A stretch of DNA of 64,000 bases. It comes from Bacteroidaceae bacterium (GTDB lineage Bacteria > Bacteroidota > Bacteroidia > Bacteroidales > Bacteroidaceae). This document shows, in pieces, positions 17,913 through 28,600 of the stretch. The notes under the pieces were generated by a model, which had not been told where the DNA came from, made no database searches, and saw only the letters and a list, made by a program, of their open reading frames with translations. The position numbers and the translations under genes were made by a program. Within the stretch, counting starts at the first letter, position 1, and each line of letters opens with the position of its first letter. The stretch lies in contig JAZOUB010000041.1 of NCBI GenBank assembly GCA_045657945.1, positions 43,987 through 107,986 on the forward strand, in the 5' to 3' direction.

Positions 17913-19331
17913 ATGCGTACTTGGCTCAGAAACATATCATTCGGTTCTCTGGCACTTGTTGTGGCTGTGCTCATAGCCGCAACCCTTTATGAAAAATTCC
18001 ACGGTACAAATTCTGTCCTTGAAAACATATATCACTCCCACTGGTTTGTAGCCCTGTGGGCTGTTGTTGTGCAGACGGGTACACTTTATATATTCATCTC
18101 CCGTATGAAACGTCTTAGTGCAGCATTCGTGTTGCACATGGCATTTGTAGTGGTGTTGGCAGGAGCTATGACAACTTTTACAACTGCCGAACGTGGAACG
18201 CTTTGCGTTTCGCAAGACGCTCCTCCGGCATCAATGTATGAAACCGCAAAGGGTGAACTGAAAAAACTCCCGTTCAGGATAAATCTATATGATTTTACAA
18301 TAGAGCACCACTCCGATGGTTCCCCGGTAGGGTATAACGCACAGCTTTGCTTGCAGTCACGTGGTGGAGATGTGGAGAATGTAAAAATCTCCATGAATAA
18401 TCCTGCCTCGTACAAAGGATACAGCCTGTATATCATGGGGCATATAGAAGATGTCGTTACCCTGCTTGTCTCTTATGACCCTTGGGGCTTGCCAATTACA
18501 TACACTGGATACGCCTTGTTGTTGGTTGGTGTCTTGTTCATGTTTCTTGACCCCAAGGGAGGCTTCCGTCGCAACCTTGCCTCATTGCACAAAACCCTTT
18601 CAGCCTCAAGCAACAGTAAAGCCGGAACATTCATGCGTCGGCTCCGTCTGTTCTTTGCCTTGTTACTCTTTATGGCAATTACATACATGGGCGTGTGCCG
18701 TTGGGTCGAGACCGGTTATTTCCCTGCATCCAATGGATATGAGACAATCCTCTTGCTCGCATGGTGTGCCCTGTTGGCAGGTGTGCTCCTGCGCCGCCAT
18801 TTCTCATCGGCGTTGTCCTACTCCCTTGTGCTTGCTCTTGTTGCAATCGCAGTCGTTCTCTTGAGCGGCGGTTCATCTTCGGGTGCAGTCATGCCCGTGT
18901 TGCGCACTCCATTGCTTGGAGTTCATGTTGCTCAGGTCATTGTTGCATATATGCTGCTTGCCGCAATGGCGGTGAATGCCGTTGTTGCGTTGTGGTACAG
19001 ATACCGCCATGCTAACATAGCAAAAATGGAGCAACTGGCACACGTCGGGAGGGTGGTGCTCTATCCGGCAGTGATGCTGCTCATAACAGGCATATTCACC
19101 GGTGCCGTGTGGGCAAACCTGTCATGGGGACGTTATTGGGGTTGGGATCCAAAAGAGGTGTGGGCCTTGGTAACAATGCTCATAGCAGCCGTGGCATTCC
19201 ACACCCGTTCGTTGCCATTTATCTCAAAACCACTTCCATTTCATCTCTTTTGCATTGTAGCGTTTGTGGCAATGCTTTTTACCTATTTTGGCGTCAACTA
19301 TTTGCTTGGCGGTTTACACAGTTATAATTAA
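17913..19331 (+). CDS. ccsA: Cytochrome c biogenesis protein, CcsA/ResC-type with N-terminal extension (CcsBA-like)
   Basis: WWD heme-handling motif WANLSWGRYWGWDPKEVWAL in a polytopic membrane protein of 472 aa. Confidence 0.7.
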   Translation: MRTWLRNISFGSLALVVAVLIAATLYEKFHGTNSVLENIYHSHWFVALWAVVVQTGTLYIFISRMKRLSAAFVLHMAFVVVLAGAMTTFTTAERGTLCVSQDAPPASMYETAKGELKKLPFRINLYDFTIEHHSDGSPVGYNAQLCLQSRGGDVENVKISMNNPASYKGYSLYIMGHIEDVVTLLVSYDPWGLPITYTGYALLLVGVLFMFLDPKGGFRRNLASLHKTLSASSNSKAGTFMRRLRLFFALLLFMAITYMGVCRWVETGYFPASNGYETILLLAWCALLAGVLLRRHFSSALSYSLVLALVAIAVVLLSGGSSSGAVMPVLRTPLLGVHVAQVIVAYMLLAAMAVNAVVALWYRYRHANIAKMEQLAHVGRVVLYPAVMLLITGIFTGAVWANLSWGRYWGWDPKEVWALVTMLIAAVAFHTRSLPFISKPLPFHLFCIVAFVAMLFTYFGVNYLLGGLHSYN

Positions 19332-19334
19332 ATA

Positions 19335-19378
19335 CAACGACAAGAGGATGACTTAATTAAGTCATCCTCTTGTCGTTG
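19335..19378. terminator. Bidirectional terminator (20-bp perfect stem)
   Basis: CAACGACAAGAGGATGACTT-AATT-AAGTCATCCTCTTGTCGTTG, lying between the ccsA-like stop and small ORF 1. Confidence 0.7.
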
Positions 19379-19427
19379 GAGATTGACATTTATTCAATCT
19401 CTTCATGCCAGGGAGTAGGGCACGATA

Positions 19428-19613
19428 TTACATGTTGCCCCAAATGTTATCCCAGTCACCGCGGTGTCCGCCCGAGAGTTGGTCGCTTCCGTCGGGGTTT
19501 GCATAATCTTCACCTCCACCACCATCAATCCAAAGATCGCCACTTGACCCGTCTAGTATTGGAGATGTCTTGACTTCAATAAATTCGATTGTAGGTTTTG
19601 TATATCGTTTCAT
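19428..19613 (-). CDS. Small W(G/D)N(L/I)W-tail peptide, copy 1 (61 aa)
   Basis: MKRYTKPTIEFIEVKTSPILDGSSGDLWIDGGGGEDYANPDGSDQLSGGHRGDWDNIWGNM. An internal ATG of the track ORF was chosen because it aligns with the two paralogs (33669..33833 and 47040..47204). No signal peptide and no Cys. Confidence 0.5.
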   Translation of the reverse strand: MKRYTKPTIEFIEVKTSPILDGSSGDLWIDGGGGEDYANPDGSDQLSGGHRGDWDNIWGNM

Positions 19614-19668
19614 AGTAGTGATATTTTCTTTTATCTGCAAGGACAGTTTCCTGTCCTTGCTGTGTTAT

Positions 19669-22600
19669 TTATTTTACGAATATCTTTTTGCCATTGACAA
19701 TGTAGAAGCCAGGTTCGGTAATCTCGTTGAGCTTGCGGCCCTGGAGGTCATAGATTGTATCCTCAACCTCTCTCTCAATCTCCTCAATCTCGGTAGTTCC
19801 GTCATCGAATACAAAGCGGAAACCTGTACCCTGCTGCAACAGCTGTGCAAAGTTACCCTCAACAGGCAAGTATGCCTTGTGACTGTTGTTGGTGAATGTC
19901 GCTGTTGCTCCACCTGTTATGTATGAGTTGTTAGAGAGTGGATACATACCAACTCCATTACTTTTTTTAGTAAGGATGTAAGCATCCTTGTTTACATAAC
20001 TCTTTGCAACTGTTCCCTCAAGAATGTTTCCAACCGCTTCGGCTCTTGCCGCGTCTGTATTCTCAGTGATGATGAAATCGTATATCTTCGCCTCGTCACT
20101 CCTTAGGATTACACCTGTGTTTGCAGGGATAATACCGTTCTGCAACATTGTCATTGTAACCCATGAATCGGCTGTAATATTCTTCTCTTTGAGAACATAT
20201 GCTCTAACACCCTCGGGGATTTCAACTGCAACAGGCGCGTAGAATGTAGCGTGCAATGCCGAACCAATGGTTACAGGAAGTGACTCAACCTCCTCAAGAA
20301 CAAAGTTGTGGTTTGTTGCATGGTTATCGGGGTTGCCACTACAGTGGTCAACATAGCGTGTTGTGCCATCTACTGCGTGCAAGTAGCTTGGTGCAGCAAT
20401 GGTTGTTGTCTCTCCGCTGGTTGTTATTGTAACAGTGCCGCTTGTTCCAACAGCCTGCAGACCGCGTGTTCCGCCATCCTCTTTTATGTATGTACCCTTG
20501 TCGTATGAGAGCAACTTGTTGTCGGCATAGTAGAAGATAGATGCGGCGCCAGTCTCTTTTGTCATAAGCAATGCGTTAGCCTTATTGGTTACACCGCTTG
20601 CCTCGCTCTGGATGTAGTACCTGTTGGCAGGAGTTTCTGGAGTTTCACCGCTGCCTTCACCTTCGTCACCTTCACTATTGCCTGTTTCTATCATGGTCAA
20701 AGCTGTTACATATATATATCGGCCTATAATTCCAGATAGTTTGAATGAAGTTTCCCCTTCTATAAATGTGATTGTTTGTACACTCGTACCTCCATTCAGT
20801 GAAACATTTTCTGAATTGTAAGAAACGGTCATGTCATATGTTCTGTAGCCGTTCTTATAACTCATCTCTGTTAGGGTGTAACCTTCGGGAACAGTAATTG
20901 TATATTCAACAGGTGTTGTAACTCCGTCAATGAGGTGCAATTGGAAACCATTATTGTATTTCATTGATGCAATTTCAGTTCCATTAGCATCTCTTGCAAT
21001 AATATTAACTCCGTTATCACTAGTCCATTGCGAATAAGTGGTCTTATCTCCCGTTTGTCCACCGAATGCTCCAGTTGTCAAATCTATTGTCACCACATCT
21101 CCAGCCGCTCTTGCAGCGCCTGCGCTGGCTGCAGCTGCGAAACCGTCATATCCAATGCGGTAGTAAACACCGGCTGTGGCATTCTCAACAGGGAGGAAGT
21201 TTGCAACATACTCGGCATCCTCCATATTCTCCACATTTGCAATGCCGGGGATAGTGTATGGGTTCTCGCTGCTGACAACATCTGTACCCTTTGTCCAGTT
21301 TACAAAGTAATAACCGGTATTTGCGGTTGCTGTGATGGTTGCCTCCATATTATGGCCCACCTTAATGGTTGTTCCTGATGAAGTGTCTGATTCTGCAGTT
21401 ACTGTACCATAGCTGTCATCATTTGCACGAACGGTGAGGTTGTATGATGCAGGCTCAAAGGTGGCTGTGTAAGTTACATCCTTCTCAATGGTGATGACAA
21501 GATTTTGCTCATTGCCCACAATGTTGTCATTCTCATCTTTCCAAATTGTTTCGTAGCCATAGCTTAACCAAGTGTTTATCATAACCTCGGTTCCTTCTTT
21601 CACAACGGCTCTGTTACTTGCATCATAGCCCAATGATGTTCCATCGGGGAGTGTGATTTTAGTGACATATCCAATTCTATTGCTTTTGGGTTCACCTATT
21701 ACAACACAACCACGGAAGAAGCGTGCCTGGTATGTTGCGGCCTCTGTTGCCTGAACAGTTATTGCAAGCTCTTTGCTCACAAGTACATCGTTCTTGTACC
21801 AACCGTCGAACAGGTAGGCCTTCTGGTCGTAGTCGGATGATGCAACAAGTTCAACATCGGCACCTACAACGAAATCGGCATCAGTTGCCCACGCCTGTCC
21901 AATGTTGTTGATGATAGCCTTTACATTACCATCTACAGCGTTAGTTACAGTTGTGCCGTCGGTCGATGCAACTGTGATGTGTATTGCAACTGTGCCTGTT
22001 GGAACCTCATTGAAACGTGCAGTGTAGTTGATGTGGCTTGTGACGGTGAATGTATAACTTGCCTCAGCGCTTATTAAATTCTCTCCATCGTACCAACCTG
22101 CAAAACTGTAGCCAGTACTTGGTGTGGCTGTGAGTGTCACCTCGCTGCCATGTTCAACATTTGTTGCGCTTGCGGTTGCGCTACCGCCCTCGCCGGCTGT
22201 TACATTGATGTTGTATATGTTGATTGCAAAGTTCACATTAATGTTTGTCACCCAATTTTTTGATCCACTTGTGCTTGTGGTGTATTCAGCATTTTCGCTA
22301 AGTACAGTACTGGTAGAATCGGACCAGTTTACAAAGTGGTAACCTACGGCAGGTGTAGCTACAAGAGGAAGTTGATATCCAATAGGAGCTTTTTTCTTTG
22401 TAACATTCTCCTCGCCATTGATGCTTGTTGTTCCGCCTTCAGTTGGTTTAATGTTCAATTTGATAGCCGGCCATCTCCAGGCTTCTTCCAATATGGCAGC
22501 GTATGCATTGATAGTGTTGTATGTCAGGCCACCCCATTTTTCGAAATCACCCAAGTTCTCAACTATTGGAACCAGCGCGTCTGTAATGATACATTTGCCT

Positions 22601-25600
22601 TCTCCTACACCTGCATAGTAATAGTACATTGCATATGTATCATTGAGCATGACTTCATAGTAGGGTGATTCAACAAACTCAAACCAAGCACCCTGGTGAC
22701 CATTGCTGTTGTAGTGTGTAGCGTAGTTGTAACCGGTTGCCGATGTGGAACAAAGATAACCCTTTTCTTCGCCCACGTTTGCTGTAAGAGAATACTGTGC
22801 ATCGGTATAATAATCATTTCCTGCAGGTTTCTTCTCGATTGTGAACACTGTTGCATCTATGGCATTCTCTACATATACCACATTCTGAGCATCACCATTG
22901 GCAACACTTGTTACCTGAATGTATTTACCTGTAAGCTCGTTCTTGAAGATGAACTCAAAGCTGTTGTTTACGTTGTAGATAGCCCAAGCAATCTTTGGAT
23001 TACCTCCCATGGTGTTGTATGTAGGGTGGTCGCCATAAGCGTAAGAGCCTGTAACCTTTGGTACATAAGTGTCATCAGCACTTGAAGCCGACAGATATAC
23101 CGGGTAATCGTTGTTTTTTGTATTTGATGGCCAGTAGATATTATGCCATATCTCATTCTGAGCATTACTTACTTTGAATGGTAATATGACATTGTTGGTA
23201 TATGTATAAGAATTGCCATTAATCTGGAGCTTACCATTGTCAATAACTTCATCTTCACTTTTTTCACCTAATGCTATATAAGGATACAGCTCAACCAACT
23301 TGGCAGCAACAGTTTCTTTTGTTATACCGTTGGTGAAGCCGTCCAACCGAATGCGATATTCATTGGTTTGGCCTGCATTGGTACCGATAATCTCAGTCAA
23401 GACAACATCTACAACTATCTGCTCAAAGTTCGCCTCAAGGCTCAATGCCTCGCTCACAGTTACGGTGTATGGGTTTTGGTCACTTACAACATTGCTGTTT
23501 CTTGCTTCGGCTGTTCTTGCAGCTGCGCTTGCCTGTGCAGCAGGTCTTGTCCAGTTGACAAAACGGTAACCGGGGTTGGCTGTTGCAAGAATTGAAACCG
23601 TTGCGTTAGCAGGTACAAACTTGTTGTTAACAGTCTCGGCAGCACTGCCATTTACTGTAATTGACACACTACCGGGAACAGTTTCTGTTTCCTCATCATT
23701 TACAGTCAACACAACCTCGCGGTAGCTCTCCTTAACGTTCTGCACAGTCTCGGTGTGTGTGTTAAGGGTGTTGAGAGGCGTATTCGCAATATTTTCTATA
23801 ATAGCCTTGATTGCATTGATGTCGTTATTGTCGGTGTAATTGCCATCACCGGCACCAAACTTGGCAACATTTTCTGTCAAAGCATCAATAATAGCCTGAT
23901 AGTCGGGAGCCTCAACGAACTCAATCCAAGCACCTTGGTGACCATATCCGTTATTACTATTGTTGAAATAGTGTGTTGCGTAATTGTAGCCTGTTGCCGA
24001 TGTTGAGCAGAGATAACCTGTTGTCTCGCCAACCTTTGCAGCAAGTGCATACTGTGCTGGAGTATAATAATCATTTCCTGCAGGCTTGTTGAAAATTGTG
24101 AACGCTGTTGCCTCCTCAATATTTTCAACATAAACTACATTTTGAGCACCATCATCGGCAACATTTGTTACCTGAATATACTTTTGGGTAACCTTGTTCT
24201 TGAAGATGAACTCAAAACCGTTGTTTACATTGTAGATAGCCCAACTGATTTTTTCATTACCATCCAATGTATTATATGTCGGGTGGTTACCATAAGCGTA
24301 TGAGTCTGTTACCTTTGGTACATATGTGTCATCTTTACTTGAAGCCGACAGATATACCGGGTAATCGTTCTCTCTAGTGTTTGCCGGCCAGTATATGTTG
24401 TGCCATACAGTTGTGTTGGCATTACTTACCTTGAATGGCAATGTCACAGTGTTGGTGTATGTGTTGTCTGCAATAGCACCGTTCTCGCCCAATGTAATGA
24501 ATGGGTATGTTGTTGTCAGGTAAGTTGCTACAGCAGCTGCATCGTTGGGAACGTAGTCGAGTGTCTCTCGGTAGATGTTGCCCTCTGTATCGGTAAGCTC
24601 AATGTTGAACTCAACAGGTACATATTCAACATCTGCATTCGGGTTAAGGAAATTGTTGTTTGTAATCTCCTCAATTGTCAAAGGAACATATACCATTGAG
24701 TAACCATAGGTGTTGTCGTCGTTATGACAAGGAGCCTCCTCAAAGAAGAATGCTATCTCGCCATTCTCCTGCAGTGCCATTGCGCTGTATGCGCTCTGCA
24801 CTGTGCTCACCTGCAAGCCCTTTGTCCAACCGCCTGCAATTGAAGACGGAGTCTGTGTCTCGTTGCCAATCTCCTTGTACCAGATGGTTACATCCTTGCG
24901 GTCCCAAGTGCTTGAACCACCCTGTGGCTGTGACTGCAACAGAATTTTTGTAGGCTTGCCGTTGGTTTGCTTTGCGTCAAGGCAGATTATTTCACCGTTT
25001 GTGCCGTTTTTGCCTTCATTGCTGCAACCGCTGACAGCAGTGCCCCAAGTGCCTTCGCCGGCAGCCTTGTCGTTGCCGTATGTGAAGACATTGAACACAC
25101 GGCTACCACCGCTTGCGTGGCGTGAACTGAGCAGAACCTGTCCGTTTGGCAGAATCTCAACCTTTGGCTCGTCAGCTTCGGCTATATGTGTTTTGCTGCC
25201 ACCGAGGATATTCCAGGTTGCACCCCAGTCATCCGAGAACAGAACATAGTTGTTTGTGCTGCGTGCGCTGTTCTTTAAAAGGATTGCACCATAGACACGT
25301 GCCTTGCCTGTGCCGTTGAAGTCGGGGTCAACAGCCAATTTACCGCTGCCGAAGAATGTTGCGTATGCCTCGTCGAAGAGACCAAAGATATTGCTTGTAA
25401 CCTCCTCTTTTGTCCAAGATTGACCATTGTTGTTGCTGTAGATACGGTAGGTCTTATTTTTGTTTGTTGCATTGGCATTGGGGTAGAATACATTGCCGGC
25501 AACAGCCATAACAAGGATGTCCTGTCCGTTGGCTACAATAGCTGCATCGCCGTAACCGAATGTCGATGTACCCTCGGCTATAGTCTGCTTTGCAGTCCAA

Positions 25601-28600
25601 GTTGCACCGTTGTCGTCGCTTGTACGCATAACAAGGTCAACTCTGTTTGTTCCTGTGCCGTGGTTGTCGCGGCCAATATCATCGTGGCTGTGACGGTAGT
25701 CGCTCACTGCAACAAGGCGGTTTGTGCCGGTCTTTGCAATGGCAGGGATGCGGTATGAGAATTCATCATCATCGTAGAAGAGTGTCACATCATTGGTTGC
25801 TGTGAACTTTGCAACAAGCGGAGTAGTCTCGTTGATTGCTGCAACATTGTCAGCTGTGAGTGTCGGGTTTGTTCCAAGTGATGTCGCGCCAATGTAGAAA
25901 CCGTTGAACTCAAAGCCACGATACTTGCGTGTGAATGCAAGTGTTGTACCCTCGGCGAGTGGCATTGTAAGCTCGCTTGCTGTTTGGTGAGCTGGAGTGA
26001 GCTTCATTGCTGTTCCGCCAATGGTTATTGTACCCAAGTGAGTATTTGGATTATCGTTTCTCCAGTTCTCAACCTCGGCCTGGAACATTGCCGGCACAAA
26101 CTCCTCTTCAATGTATGTGATTTCAAGAGCTGTGATGAAGATACCATTTCCTGCAGTTCCACCTACACCAATGTTAATGGTATTGGTTTCAAGTCCTGTT
26201 GCAGAAATAGTTTTTTCTGTAGTACCACTTATTGCAATAGTACCGGTATTGTTGTTTGTAGCGGTATATGTAACATCACCAGAGAATGAATCACCTTCTC
26301 CCCTGATAGTCATACTATATCCTGCAATTTTATATGGTTCAGGGATAGAAATTGTAAAATTAGTTGCTTTAGCCAAATATGGAGTTTTATTACCATTAAC
26401 CTTGGTAGTCCAACCAAGATTGTTGTTAGTAATTCCATCCACTTTGATTGTTACAGTTGGAGTTGTGTTTACAACTGCTTTGTAACCCCAACCGCTGTTT
26501 ATTGTATTACCGGCATAGTTTGTATATGTAACATCTGCAAATGTAAGATTCAATGTCTTCTCGTTAGAAGGGATAACCTCCTCGAGAACCCAGGTAGAAG
26601 CTGCGTTTGAAGCTGCATCACAATATACATATCCGTTCTCTGCCTTGAAGTAATCGTCGCGCTCAACACCGTTATTCATGTTCGTGTTGTCCCACTTGAT
26701 GAGGTACTCAAGTTCGTTACCTGTTGTCTCAAAGGTGAGTACTGTGGCATCGTTTGCGCTGGTGGTGTTTGCATTGGCATTCCAAGCGTGGCACTTGATG
26801 TAGTTGCCGCTGTTTGCTTTCAGTTTATAGCCATCGCCGCTCTGCTCAAAGAGGAATATCTGTGTGTCGCTGCTTTCGTTCTTGGCAACAACAGTTACAC
26901 CACTTGTTGAACCTGTATTGTTGCTTGTATTTGCAATGTTCATATAGTTGGTGGTGTTCTTTACCTTCAAACGGAAGAACTTGCCTGCAAGAGATGTTGT
27001 TGGTTCTGTCGGCGTATTTGACTCAAAATTTGCAACATAGTTTGAAGCCTGTGCCACGCTTACATTGCAAGTTGCTTCGGTGCTAACCACATTTCCGCCC
27101 AATGTCCAGTTTACAAAGTTGTAACCGGTGTTGGCGGTAGCATAAAGTGTTATCTGAGTTCCGTTTTCAACATCGCCCTGTGTCTTTTGGCTACCAGTGC
27201 CAACTGCGAACTTTGCTGTACCACCCGCTGCAGGGTTTGCAGTCGTTGTAACGGCGTAGGTTGTTGGGGTTGGGTCAGGCTCCGGCTCCGGCTCTGGGTC
27301 GGGAGTTGGGGTAGAGGCTCCGCCTTCTGACTGGATGGTTACTGTAACTCCATCTTCCAAAATTGCCAAGCCGGCACGACCGGCATAAGTTGAACCCAAT
27401 ACAAACGAAGTGCTTTGTGAATTGATGTCTGATGCAGAAAACACAACGCCTGCAGCAGCATTATTTACATTTGTTGTATTTCCTCCAATTGTAACATCAA
27501 TTGTGTAAGAACTACTGGGGCTTTTACCCTTAAAACTGTAACTTTTTATTATATAACCTGCAGGTGCAGTCAATGTATAAGTTATATCCGAAACAAGTGT
27601 CTCAGAGTTTCCTACAGGCGCTTTTGCGAAGAATGTATTGACGGTTGTTGAAAGGGCATAAGCCGGCTCAGAGCCTTTCGAACAGTTCAATACAATACCG
27701 TCGCTTGTTGTCCAAGTGCTGCAATAAGATCCATTAGCTCCACTTATCTCTACACTCGAAATGTTAAATGTGCAATCTTTCTCAACCAGCACATTTGCCT
27801 CATCGTCAAAGTTTGCAACATAGTCATTGTCGGATGCACCTACTTTTACCTGTAGTGTGTTCTTTGTGCCGACTATGACACCGTTCTTTGTCCAATTTGC
27901 AAGTGCATAACCGTCGGCAGGGTGTGCGGTGAGGGTTGCGGTGAAGTTCTCATTAATTTCTGCGCTTGCAGTTGTTCCGGCAGTTCCACCATTGATTGAA
28001 ACAGTACCCATATTTGAAGGTGTAGCTGTTGCAGTAACGGTGAATTTTTCTGTTTTTGGCGCAAGGTTAAAGAGTGCGTAATGTTCTGCACCATCTATCC
28101 AAGAATAATTGTCGCCTTGAGAAGGAGTGATAGCGTCAAGTTTGAACCAACCATTACCCGAGCCGTTCCATCCGAAGTTGAAATGAAAGTAATTATTGGC
28201 TGTGTAACCATCAAGGACAAACATATGGCGTGTATCACCTGTACCACTATTATCTGACGCGTATGGTATTGGGCAACCGTTGTCAATGCTCTCCTTGATT
28301 TTTTCAATCCACTGCTCCATAGTAAAGTTTGCCTGGTATGAGGCATTGATGAGCTGGTAATTGAAATAGTCATTCAGAACCTTGCTGTCCGATCCTTCGT
28401 TTACAGTTGTTGCACCGGTGCCTATACTTGAAGGGAAACAGGCGTGCAGTATGTGTGAGAAGAACTTTGAAACCTCGTCAATCTGCTCCTGTGTCCAGTC
28501 ACTGTTGTATGTAAGAGGCATCTTGCTGAAATCATATACTCTGTCGGTTATCTCTACATATGTAGGTGCCTGACAGTTGTACAGGGTCTTGGCTGTTCCT

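Noticed and set aside
19428-19613. Lasso-peptide or other RRE-dependent RiPP precursor assignment for the three small W-tail peptides, because of the YxxPx(L/I/M) N-terminal motif.
   Set aside because: No lasso cyclase, leader peptidase, RRE protein, radical-SAM enzyme or peptidase-ABC exporter is nearby. The expected Thr at -2 and a consistent Asp/Glu at core positions 7-9 are not seen. The idea is kept only as a weak hypothesis inside the family finding.
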